Positions 1-8,259 of a stretch of DNA of 64,000 nucleotides are shown here, piece after piece. Below the pieces are notes generated by a model. It saw only the letters and a program-made list of their open reading frames with translations. It ran no database searches and was not told the origin of the DNA. The position numbers were made by a program, and so were the translations under genes. Source of the DNA: Gemmatimonadaceae bacterium (GTDB lineage Bacteria > Gemmatimonadota > Gemmatimonadetes > Gemmatimonadales > Gemmatimonadaceae); the NCBI GenBank assembly GCA_045804245.1, contig JBJMNN010000196.1:4665-68664 (forward strand). Reading direction: 5' to 3'. Numbering within the stretch: position 1 is the first letter of the stretch; every line of letters begins with the position of its first letter.

Positions 1-327
1 CTCCGCCCGCAAGCGCGACACGCGACCCGGGATGAGGCCGAGCCCCGCGCCACCGCCCTCGTCGCTGGCATCGAACAGCAGCTGCATGCCGAGACAGATG
101 CCGATCGCGGGCAGTCCGCGCGCCACCGCGTCGCGCATCGCGGCGCGGCCTGGTGCAAGGCGCGCCGCCGCCGCGCCGAACGCGCCCACCCCCGGAAGCA
201 CCAGCGCGTCCGTCTCCACGGCACGCACCGGATCGGTCTCGACGCGGACGTCCACGCCGCCACGCTCGATCGCCTTCGCGAGCGAATGCAGGTTCCCCGC
301 GCCGTAGTCGAAGATCGTCACGCGCAT
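1..327 (-). CDS. hisH: Imidazole glycerol phosphate synthase, glutamine amidotransferase subunit HisH (N-terminal 109 codons; 3' end runs off the window)
   Basis: Minus-strand ATG at 325-327. My translation is MRVTIFDYGAGNLHSLAKAIERGGVDV...LPAIGICLGMQLLFDASDEG, which has the class-I amidotransferase nucleophile motif GICLGMQ. Overlaps the hisC stop by 10 nt. Absent from the ORF track because it has no stop inside the window. Confidence 0.85.
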   Translation of the reverse strand, partial: MRVTIFDYGAGNLHSLAKAIERGGVDVRVETDPVRAVETDALVLPGVGAFGAAAARLAPGRAAMRDAVARGLPAIGICLGMQLLFDASDEGGGAGLGLIPGRVSRLRAE

Positions 328-1430
328 GCCAGCGCCTCCCGGATCGCGTCGAGCAGTCGCTCCATCGATTCCCATGGACCGACGCCGATGCGTAGCGCAT
401 TGCCCGCCGCCGCCTGCAGCGCCAGGACGTCCTTCGGCAGGCCGCTCAGCGCCCGCACCAGTACGCCACGCTCACGCATCGCGCGCGCGATCCCCGGCGC
501 CCGCGAGGTCGGCACGAAGAGAAAGTTGCCCGCCGACGGCGCCGGCTCGAGCCCGAACTCGCGCAGCGCGCTCGCCAGCCGCTCACGAATCGTCACCGCC
601 AGGGCGGCGCGCCCGGCCACCCACCCGAGCGCATCGGGGCCGTCCGAGAGCGCCGCGATCGCCGCCGCCTCGGCGAGCGCGTTCACCTTGTACGGCCCGC
701 GGGCGCGCGTGACCGCATCGACGATCGCCGAGCTCCCGACGCCGTAGCCGACGCGTAGGCCGGCGAGGCCGAACGCCTTGGAGAACGTTCGCGTGACGAG
801 CAACCGTTCGGACCGCGTCACGAGCGAGGTGAAGACGTCCGGCGCGAACTCGGCGTACGCCTCGTCGAGCACGACCAGCCCGGTCGCGTGTTCGACGACG
901 TACTCCACCGCCTGGCGTGACATTGCCGTCGACGTCGGGTTGTTCGGCGTGCACAAGTAGGTGATCTTCGCGCGCCGATCCACCAGTCGCTGCGGGTCCA
1001 CCTCGTAGTTCGGACCCATGGGCACCGGGGCCGGCACGAGCCCGTTCAACCGGGTGAAGATCGGGATCATCACGAACGTCGGCGCCACGAACGCGACTTC
1101 GTCACCGGCCTCACCGAACGCGCGGATCGCCGCATCGAGCACGTCGTCGGAGCCACACCCCGTCACGAGGCCGATCCCGCTCGTCGAGGCCAGCCCGAGG
1201 TATCTCAGCACCGCATCCCGGAGCGGTGTGGAGTACAGCGACGGATAACGGCTCACGCGCTCCACTGGCACGCTCGCGAGCCCACGCAGCGACGCAGGCG
1301 GGCTTCCCCAGAGGTTGACGTTCTCGCTCACGTCCACGGCGCACGCGGCCACGTCGGGGGCGTACAGCGGCAGCCCGCGCACCCTGGCGCGTGGCTGGGG
1401 AAGTGCCGTGTCGCGCTCGTCGGCGGTCAT
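318..1430 (-). CDS. hisC: Histidinol-phosphate aminotransferase
   Basis: C-terminal 370 aa of track ORF 318..2003. Class-II aminotransferase motifs: NPNNPT-like 'TPNNPTS', and the PLP lysine context 'RTFSKAFGLAGLRVGY'. The ATG at 1428-1430 overlaps the hisD stop (ATGA junction). Confidence 0.9.
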   Translation of the reverse strand: MTADERDTALPQPRARVRGLPLYAPDVAACAVDVSENVNLWGSPPASLRGLASVPVERVSRYPSLYSTPLRDAVLRYLGLASTSGIGLVTGCGSDDVLDAAIRAFGEAGDEVAFVAPTFVMIPIFTRLNGLVPAPVPMGPNYEVDPQRLVDRRAKITYLCTPNNPTSTAMSRQAVEYVVEHATGLVVLDEAYAEFAPDVFTSLVTRSERLLVTRTFSKAFGLAGLRVGYGVGSSAIVDAVTRARGPYKVNALAEAAAIAALSDGPDALGWVAGRAALAVTIRERLASALREFGLEPAPSAGNFLFVPTSRAPGIARAMRERGVLVRALSGLPKDVLALQAAAGNALRIGVGPWESMERLLDAIREALACA

Positions 1431-2758
1431 CGCATCGCTCCAGCGCGCCAGGCACGCGCGGCGAGTGCATGGCCCGGGAGTCGTTCGGCGTCGGCGAAGA
1501 CGCCGACGTCGTCGGAGAGCCGGGCGGCGGCTTCCACCGTCACGCGTTGATAGGTCGTCCACCGCACGAAGTCGAGCGTGGACAGACCCGAATACGATCG
1601 AGCCAGCCCGCCCGTCGGCAGTACGTGATTCGCGCCTGTCATGTAGTCGCCGAACGCGACCGACGCCGAGGGGCCGACGAACACCGTGCCGGCATTGCGC
1701 AACCGCGCGAGCACGTCGTCGAGCGGCTCGACGGCGAGCAGCAGATGCTCTGCCGCGTACTCGTTCGCGAACGCGACGCACGCGTCGAGCGAGTCGGCGA
1801 CGAGCACGGCGCCCTGCTCCTCCAGTGCCGCGCGGCAGATCTCGGCCCGCGGCTGCGCCGTCAGCTGCGCATCGAGCGCGTCGACGATCGCGTGCGCCAC
1901 GCGCGCACTCGTCGTCACGGCGACGACCGCGGCGAGCGGGTCGTGCTCCGCCTGTGCCAGCATCTCGCGCGCGACGAGCGTCGCATCCGCCGACTCGTCG
2001 CACACCACGAGCAGCTCGCTCGGCCCGGCTGGAGAGTCGATCGCCACCACGTTCGCCACTTGGAGCTTCGCTTCGGCGACGTACGCATTGCCGGGTCCGA
2101 CGATACGATCGACGCGTGGCACGCTTTCGGTGCCGTACGCCATCGCGGCGATCGCGCCCGCGCCACCCAGCGCGAACACGCGGTCGGCCCCTGCCAGCGC
2201 TGCCGCGGCGAGCACCACGTCCGACGGAGCGCCGGTCTCGCGCACCGGTGGAGAGCAGAGTACGATCTCGCCCACGCCGGCCACGCGCGCCGGGACGATT
2301 CCCATCAGCACACTGCTCGGATAGGCGGCCCGCCCGCCGGGTGCGTACACACCGACCCGGCCGAGCGGATCGGGGCGCCGGCCGACGACGATCCCGGGCT
2401 CGCTCTCCGTTTCTTGCGCCACCGGACGAAAGGCGCGGTGCACGCGCCCGACGTTGTCCGCCGACCGCTGGAGCGCGGCGCGCAGCGCCGGCGGCAGCGC
2501 GTCGAGCGCCGCCCGCCAGCGGGCGCGCGGCACCTCGAGCGCATCGAGGTCGACACCATCCAGCTCGTGCGCGAGCGCGCGAAGCGCCCCGTCGCCCTCA
2601 TGGCGCACACGCGTCACGATGCTCGCAGTCCGTTCCCCGACGGCGGCGTCCATCGCGGCCGTGCGTTCGAACAGTGCGCGCCGATCCGCCGCCGTGAGCT
2701 CGGCGCAGGCGACCGTCCAGCGCAGGGCCGGTCCGCTCACCGCACTACCGTCGCTCAC
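1427..2758 (-). CDS. hisD: Histidinol dehydrogenase
   Basis: Tail of track ORF 1427..3352 (…VGVYAPGGRAAYPSSVLM…AGPSELLVV…AQAEHDP…). The GTG at 2756-2758 overlaps the hisG stop (GTGA junction), giving 443 aa, a typical HisD length. Confidence 0.88.
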   Translation of the reverse strand: MSDGSAVSGPALRWTVACAELTAADRRALFERTAAMDAAVGERTASIVTRVRHEGDGALRALAHELDGVDLDALEVPRARWRAALDALPPALRAALQRSADNVGRVHRAFRPVAQETESEPGIVVGRRPDPLGRVGVYAPGGRAAYPSSVLMGIVPARVAGVGEIVLCSPPVRETGAPSDVVLAAAALAGADRVFALGGAGAIAAMAYGTESVPRVDRIVGPGNAYVAEAKLQVANVVAIDSPAGPSELLVVCDESADATLVAREMLAQAEHDPLAAVVAVTTSARVAHAIVDALDAQLTAQPRAEICRAALEEQGAVLVADSLDACVAFANEYAAEHLLLAVEPLDDVLARLRNAGTVFVGPSASVAFGDYMTGANHVLPTGGLARSYSGLSTLDFVRWTTYQRVTVEAAARLSDDVGVFADAERLPGHALAARAWRAGAMR

Positions 2759-3618
2759 GACATCAACCTCTCGATGCGCGTGACGAGGATGCCCTCCGCA
2801 CCGAGCGCCTTGAGATCGGCGATCGTGCGGTAAATGGTGGCGGCCGAGACGACCGCGTGTACCGCGACGTAGTGTCCGCCATTCATGATGTCGATAATCG
2901 TCGGGCCATTGAGTCCCGGCACGACGCGCTTGACCTCCTCGAGCCGATCGCGCGGAACGTTCGCCATCACGTAGCGCTTGCCGCGCGCGGCGAGCACGCT
3001 CCCGAGCGCCGCGACGAGCTCTTCGAGCGCCCGAGCGCGCGCGGCATCGGCGCGAGTCCCTGGAGCGGCGATCAGCCGGGCGCTCGACTCGAGCACAGTC
3101 GCGATCTCGCGCAGACCATTCACGCGCAGCGTCGAGCCGGTGGACACGAGATCGACGATCACGTCGGCGATCCCGATGTGGGGAGCGATCTCCGCAGCGC
3201 CAGAGACGGGCACGATCTCCACCACCTGGCCGCGTGCGGCGAAGAAGCCCGCGGTGACGCGTGGGAAGACGGTGGCCACGCGCGTGCCGGGTCGAAGCGC
3301 CTGGATCGTCGTGAGCCCACTCTCCTCGGTCGCCGCAACGGCGAGGCGGCATCGTCCGAACGTCAGGTCTGCGAGGTCATCGAGGTCGCGTCCCGACTCG
3401 CGCACGAGGTCGGCCCCGGTGACCCCGGCGTCCGCCGCTCCATCGGCGACGAACTCGGGGATGTCCTGCGCGCGCACGAACAGCGCCTGGAACTCGCCGC
3501 CGAGCGACGCCGTCAGCGCACGCGGGCCAGCGGCGCGAATCTCGAGCCCGGCGTCGGTGAACAGCTCGCGGGCTTCCTCGGACAACCGTCCTTTATTGGG
3601 CAGTGCGATTCGGAGCAT
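2755..3618 (-). CDS. hisG: ATP phosphoribosyltransferase, long form with C-terminal regulatory domain
   Basis: Track ORF 2755..3666 trimmed to the ATG at 3616-3618 (MLRIALPNKGRLSEEARELF…). At 287 aa the length fits long-form HisG. Confidence 0.88.
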   Translation of the reverse strand: MLRIALPNKGRLSEEARELFTDAGLEIRAAGPRALTASLGGEFQALFVRAQDIPEFVADGAADAGVTGADLVRESGRDLDDLADLTFGRCRLAVAATEESGLTTIQALRPGTRVATVFPRVTAGFFAARGQVVEIVPVSGAAEIAPHIGIADVIVDLVSTGSTLRVNGLREIATVLESSARLIAAPGTRADAARARALEELVAALGSVLAARGKRYVMANVPRDRLEEVKRVVPGLNGPTIIDIMNGGHYVAVHAVVSAATIYRTIADLKALGAEGILVTRIERLMS

Positions 3619-3664
3619 GATGGCCAAGCGGCCTGAGAGAGGGAGATGAGCGGGCGACCGGCGC

Positions 3665-3692
3665 AAAAAAAGCCCGTCCTCGGGGACGGGCT
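3665..3692 (-). terminator. Intrinsic terminator hairpin plus U7 tract, located upstream of hisG (candidate attenuator terminator)
   Basis: Minus-strand RNA reads AGCCCGUCC-CCGA-GGACGGGCU followed by UUUUUUU. It lies 46 nt before the hisG ATG and 41 nt after the leader ORF stop. Confidence 0.75.
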
Positions 3693-3732
3693 GCGAGTCG
3701 ATTGGCGCCGCGGGGCGGAGTGCTCTCCGCGA

Positions 3733-3810
3733 CTACCCGTGCATGCGCGTCTCGCCCCGGCCCGTCGGACCGTGGTGATGATGCGCATGGCGATGGGTAC
3801 GGGCGATCAT
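3733..3810 (-). CDS. Candidate his operon leader peptide, 25 aa: MIARTHRHAHHHHGPTGRGETRMHG
   Basis: My own translation of the minus strand. ATG at 3808-3810, TAG at 3733-3735. Six His within eight consecutive codons, including four in a row (CAU CAU CAC CAC). Followed by GC-rich alternative pairings and then the terminator at 3665-3692. Confidence 0.55.
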   Translation of the reverse strand: MIARTHRHAHHHHGPTGRGETRMHG

Positions 3811-3921
3811 GCGCGCAACCTAACGGCGACCCGAGCCACGGTCAACGTGGCGGCGCGAGGTCTGCACGCAGGACACCGCTCTCATTTGCGCCTCGGACCC
3901 GCGAATTGCATTGCGCCTTCC

Positions 3922-3939
3922 TTGTGAATAAATTCACAA
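3922..3939. promoter_or_regulatory. Perfect 18-bp palindrome TTGTGAATAAATTCACAA containing the CRP-type consensus TGTGA-N6-TCACA
   Basis: Read directly from the sequence. AT-rich island in the hisG/cupredoxin intergenic region, centred about 71 nt upstream of the cupredoxin ATG. Confidence 0.6.
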
Positions 3940-3941
3940 TT

Positions 3942-3961
3942 CGGCGCGGGGCCCCGCGCCG
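3942..3961. repeat. Perfect 20-nt GC-only palindrome CGGCGCGGGGCCCCGCGCCG (hairpin-capable), function unknown
   Basis: Read directly from the sequence. Starts 3 nt after the CRP-like box. Confidence 0.8.
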
Positions 3962-4001
3962 GTACCACACCACGATCAGGTTCTACTGGAGGCCTTCAGA
4001 A

Positions 4002-4568
4002 ATGCGGTTCCACGGTATTGCGCTCCTCACCAGCGCAGCCATCCTCGGCGCCTGCGGCGGCGAGAAGACCCCCGCTGCCGACACCAGCGCGGCGGCCACT
4101 GCCACCACACCGGCGGCGAGCACGACCCCGACGACTGACTCGGCTGCGACGGCTGCGCCCGCGACGGCCGCTCCGGCGGCGGGTGCTGCGACGGCTCCGG
4201 CCGCTGGCGCTGTCGCGAAGGCCGAGCCGACCGGCAAGACGGTCGAGATCAAGATGATCGGCGACGCCACCGGCTATAAGTTCGACCCCGCCAACGTCAC
4301 CGTGAAGCAGGGCGACGCGGTCAAGTTCATCATGGTTTCCGGCGGCCCTCACAACGTCGCCTTCCAGAACGTCACGGACCCGGCCGCCAAGGCGCAGCTC
4401 GATGCCAACATGCCTGGTCAGAAGTTGGGCGAGCTCTCGGGCCCATTCGTCATGCAGCCGAACGAGGCGTATACCATCTCGTTCGCCAAGGTCCCGGCAG
4501 GCAAGTACGACTTCATCTGCACGCCCCACGCGGCCATGAACATGAAGGGCAGCATCACGGTGCAGTAG
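4002..4568 (+). CDS. Lipoprotein cupredoxin (plastocyanin/pseudoazurin-like blue copper protein) with a long Ala/Thr/Pro linker
   Basis: Tail of track ORF 3702..4568 starting at ATG 4002. Lipobox LGAC. Type-1 copper ligand pattern: GGPHNV … C-T-P-H-A-A-M-N-M (C-x2-H-x4-M). Confidence 0.8.
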   Translation: MRFHGIALLTSAAILGACGGEKTPAADTSAAATATTPAASTTPTTDSAATAAPATAAPAAGAATAPAAGAVAKAEPTGKTVEIKMIGDATGYKFDPANVTVKQGDAVKFIMVSGGPHNVAFQNVTDPAAKAQLDANMPGQKLGELSGPFVMQPNEAYTISFAKVPAGKYDFICTPHAAMNMKGSITVQ

Positions 4569-4756
4569 TCTCGTCGCTCACCGCGACTGCAGGGCTCACG
4601 GGGTGGATGTGCTCAAGCGCTTCCACCCCGTGTCACGTCCGGCCGCGGAGCTGATGGGATCGGGCCCGTGGTGCAGGTCGTGCAACTGAGCGTCACATCG
4701 ATGTGTGCGGCACGGCGCGCGTTGCCCGCCGACCATCGTGGAGCCATCATCCCGAC

Positions 4757-6499
4757 ATGAACCAGCGCCGCCGCCCACCGCGGCATCGCCCCAAGCCTCC
4801 CTCGCACACGCGCGCTACCTGGATGGCGGCACGCGCGCGCAATGCGTTGCGCCGCCCCATTTTCATCGGCGCGGTCAGCATCGTCACCTTCATCGCATCA
4901 CTCGTCGCGCTGGTCGTCGTACCTCAACAGGCTCGGCGGACGGCCGCCCAGTTGCGTCCCGATGCTGCCCAGCGTCCCGACACCGAGCCGACAGCCGCTG
5001 CGCTCGCCGAGGCCGGACGTCAGGTCGCAGGTGCGGATTCGGCGCTCGTCAGGGCGCGGAACGAGCTCACGCAGCTCATCGCGTCTACGGCGGCGGCACC
5101 CGCGCCCGACACGCTCGCCACGGGCGAGGCGCTCACTGGCGCGTCCGCTACCACCCGCGATTCACTCGCCGCGCAGGCCGCGCAGCTCGGCCGTCTACTC
5201 TCGCGCGCCGAGAATGCGCCTCTCCTCGGCTCGTATCGCGCGCTGGCCGAAGCCCCCGCGATGCGTGGCGACGCGAGCGTCCGCCAGCTCCTCGACTCCC
5301 TCGTCGAGATCGAGCGTGAGCGCGAGAGCTACAACGCGGTGGGCGGCGTCGATCCCGTCTTCGTCGCGCTCACCGCGCGGGCGAACGAGCTCGGTCGCGC
5401 CATCGAGGCCGTCGCCATCGCACGACGCGCCGAGCTCCGGCGACAGATGGCGGTGCTCGCCCCGGCAGCGCCCGATATCTCCTCGCGTCCGGTGCCGGAT
5501 ACCCTGCAGCTCATCGCCGCTGCTAGCCGTGCTCGTGCCGCCGCCGCGGGGGTCGCCAACAGGCTCGCCCGCGAGCGCGCCGAGCTCGCACGTCTGGACG
5601 CGCGCGAAGTGCGGGCGCGCGAGCTCGCGAATCTTGGCGCGTCACCACCGGCGATGCTCGCCGCGGCGCTGATCTTCGGTGCTGTCATCGGGTTCGGGTT
5701 TGCGCTCATCGACGAGATCCGTCATCCACGCATCGCGGACGCCTACGAAGTGGAGCGCGCGACGGGCGTTCGAGTGCTCGGCATCATCAGTCCGCTCCCC
5801 CCGTCGCCGGAGCGGGGCCGCCGCTCGAGCGACCGTGCCGCGCCGCCGTACATCGATCCAGGTGCCGACGGACATCAGCTGATCTACCTGCACATCGCCG
5901 CCGCCGGCGCGAACGTACTGATGCTCACCGTGACGGGAGACAATCCCGCCGTGTCGGCGGTCGTCGGGATCAACTTCGCTGCCATCGCCGCGAACGAGGC
6001 GCGCAGCACACTCCTGATCGACACCGATGCTGCGGCGTCGACGGTTGCCACGGCGCTGAGGCTGCGGGCGAGCGAAGGGGTCAGTGGATTGGTGAGCCAG
6101 AAGGTGAGCTGGCCCGAGGCGACTCGGCCCGTGCGCATCGGACGCGAGAGCTCAATCGACGTGGTGCCAACGGGGCCCGACGCGCCCCCATTCCAGGCGG
6201 TGAGCGCGCTCCTACAAAACGACGCGGTACGGTTGGCGCGACGCTACGACACTCTCGTGATCGTGAGCGCCGCCGAACAGGTGTTGAACGGCCTCGCGAG
6301 CGTGCTGCCGATCCCCGATGTGATCTACTGTGTCCGAACCGGACAGACACCGATCGCGAAGCTCAGGCGCGCGCTCGAGGACACCGAGCGAACGGGGGGC
6401 CGCATCCGAGGCATCGTGCTCTGGAACGCGCCGGATCCGATCCTCGCCGAAGTGCGCGCTCCGGAGCAAACCGCCGAACCGGTGCCAGCCACAGCGTAG
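4757..6499 (+). CDS. Polysaccharide co-polymerase (Wzz/GumC-like) fused to a degenerate BY-kinase/ParA-like domain
   Basis: Track ORF 4703..6499. Two transmembrane segments flank a long coiled-coil region. The C-terminal domain keeps the Walker A' motif (LLIDTD), but Walker A is replaced by 'TGDNPAVSAV' with no GK(S/T), and there is no C-terminal Tyr cluster. Start is uncertain (4757 or 4823). Confidence 0.6.
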   Translation: MNQRRRPPRHRPKPPSHTRATWMAARARNALRRPIFIGAVSIVTFIASLVALVVVPQQARRTAAQLRPDAAQRPDTEPTAAALAEAGRQVAGADSALVRARNELTQLIASTAAAPAPDTLATGEALTGASATTRDSLAAQAAQLGRLLSRAENAPLLGSYRALAEAPAMRGDASVRQLLDSLVEIERERESYNAVGGVDPVFVALTARANELGRAIEAVAIARRAELRRQMAVLAPAAPDISSRPVPDTLQLIAAASRARAAAAGVANRLARERAELARLDAREVRARELANLGASPPAMLAAALIFGAVIGFGFALIDEIRHPRIADAYEVERATGVRVLGIISPLPPSPERGRRSSDRAAPPYIDPGADGHQLIYLHIAAAGANVLMLTVTGDNPAVSAVVGINFAAIAANEARSTLLIDTDAAASTVATALRLRASEGVSGLVSQKVSWPEATRPVRIGRESSIDVVPTGPDAPPFQAVSALLQNDAVRLARRYDTLVIVSAAEQVLNGLASVLPIPDVIYCVRTGQTPIAKLRRALEDTERTGGRIRGIVLWNAPDPILAEVRAPEQTAEPVPATA

Positions 6500-6517
6500 C
6501 CGCGGTCGTCGCCGAGG

Positions 6518-8191
6518 TCAGTGGTCGTCGACGGAGGTCGCAGTGTCACCGGCCAGCTCGCGCACGCGGGCCAGCGTGTCGATCTCCGATGGCGGTTTGT
6601 CATCCCGGACCCGCACGATACGAGGGAAACGCAACGCGTAGCCCGCCTTGTGGCGCGTCGAGCGTTGGACGACGTCGAAGGTGACCTCGAGAACTACCTC
6701 TGGACGAACGACGTGGTACCGCCCGAACCGCTCGGTGGTGATCGACTCGAAGAGTATGGTCAGCGCGGCAATCTCGGCATCGGTCAATCCGTTGTATGCC
6801 TTGCCCACGTTCAGGAGCGTGGGATCGCTCTCCGAGGCGCGGACGGCGAAGGTGAAGTCCGAGAGCACGCGGTTGCGCCGACCATGGCCCCGCTCCACTC
6901 CGGTCACGACGACATCCAGGGTGGCGAGGGCGCGCTTGAGCTTGACCCAACTCTTGCCGCGCCGGCCTGGGGTATAGGTGGACGCAGGATCTTTCGCGAT
7001 CAGTCCCTCGTTTCCCGCCGCCCGCGATCGCGCAAACGCCGTCTCCACGTCGTCTGGGCTCGAACAGAGCGTGCTTGACGCCACGAACGCGCTTTCTCCA
7101 CGCCAGAATAGCGACAATAAATGGCTTCGACGCACCTCATAGCTCGAATGCAGGACGAGCTCGTGATCGAGCGCGAGCAGGTCGTACGCCACGAAGGCAA
7201 CCGACGTCTCCTTGAGCACAGCCGCAGTCGGCGCTTTCCGTCCGAGCCGCTGCTGAAGTGCCGCGAACGGGCGTGCACGGCGCCGATCCTCCGAATCGAC
7301 CGCGATCAGCTCCCCATCCAGAACCAGCCCGCCGCCGAGCCCGCGGAGCGAAGCGACTACCTCGGGATAGCCATGCGTGATGTCGTCGAGGGTGCGGGAG
7401 AACAGACGGACCTCCTCGCCGTCCACGTGCGCCTGGGCGCGGATGCCGTCGTACTTTTCTTCGACCGCGAACGGCGCGGGCATCACCTCGACGATCTCTT
7501 CCGGGGTCGCCAGCGGCTGGGCCAGCATGAAGCCGATCGGGTGAAAGAGTGCCAGGCGCGCCGATTCGAGCCTGCCCTCTCGAGCGAGGATCGCCACCTC
7601 GCCGATGTCTCCCCGGAGCCGGTTAGCGTGTCGGATCTGCTCGAGCGGCCGCTCGAACGCGCGTGCGAGGGCGTCCTCCACCTGTGCCTCCTTGAGGCCG
7701 ATGCGCAGTTCCCCGCCGAGCAGCTTGGCGAAGTACCGCGCCTCGTTGGCGCCGAGCGTCGCGAGCACCTCGCGTACCATCTCGCGTCGAGCCGTGGATC
7801 CGGTTGCCTGGGCCAACGCTGCGAAGCGTCCTTCCATCCACGCAAGGGAGTGAGCCGACGGTGGCTGTGATGCGAGCACATCGCCCACCATGTCCCCGGC
7901 GTCGCCATGGCGGCCATACGCCTCGGCGAGCGCTTCGTCCGACGAGCCCGTGAGCGACACGAGTGCGTTCCAGAGAATCGAGCCGCCCACCTGCGTCGTC
8001 CGCGCATCGTGCCGCGGGAAAACGAAGCCCGAGAAGAAACGCGCCGCGATCGCGAGCGCATCATCGGGCAACGAGGGCAGGTAGGCGACGAGCGCCGCGG
8101 CCTTCTGCAGGCGCTTCGTGGTGGCGCGCACCGCATCCGCGACCGCAGCCCATCGATCGAACGCGTCGGCCCCTGCGAGCTGTACCGTCAT
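6518..8191 (-). CDS. ATP-dependent DNA ligase (Lig1/LigB type, with N-terminal DNA-binding domain)
   Basis: Track ORF 6518..8221. Adenylation motif I 'EEKYDGIRAQ', followed by 'EGLIAKDPAS…Y.PGRRGKSWVKLK'. Start chosen at the ATG at 8189-8191 (MTVQLAG…). Confidence 0.88.
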   Translation of the reverse strand: MTVQLAGADAFDRWAAVADAVRATTKRLQKAAALVAYLPSLPDDALAIAARFFSGFVFPRHDARTTQVGGSILWNALVSLTGSSDEALAEAYGRHGDAGDMVGDVLASQPPSAHSLAWMEGRFAALAQATGSTARREMVREVLATLGANEARYFAKLLGGELRIGLKEAQVEDALARAFERPLEQIRHANRLRGDIGEVAILAREGRLESARLALFHPIGFMLAQPLATPEEIVEVMPAPFAVEEKYDGIRAQAHVDGEEVRLFSRTLDDITHGYPEVVASLRGLGGGLVLDGELIAVDSEDRRRARPFAALQQRLGRKAPTAAVLKETSVAFVAYDLLALDHELVLHSSYEVRRSHLLSLFWRGESAFVASSTLCSSPDDVETAFARSRAAGNEGLIAKDPASTYTPGRRGKSWVKLKRALATLDVVVTGVERGHGRRNRVLSDFTFAVRASESDPTLLNVGKAYNGLTDAEIAALTILFESITTERFGRYHVVRPEVVLEVTFDVVQRSTRHKAGYALRFPRIVRVRDDKPPSEIDTLARVRELAGDTATSVDDH

Positions 8192-8259
8192 GGCCGACGG
8201 TACCCACACAAAGCGCGCCACCGCTCTCGGCCGCGCGCCACATCCGCTAGCGTTCCAGC

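Noticed and set aside
1315-2833. 460- and 480-aa plus-strand ORFs rich in Arg, Pro and Ala
   Set aside because: They are antisense to hisC and hisD, and their low-complexity Arg-rich translations are GC artefacts.
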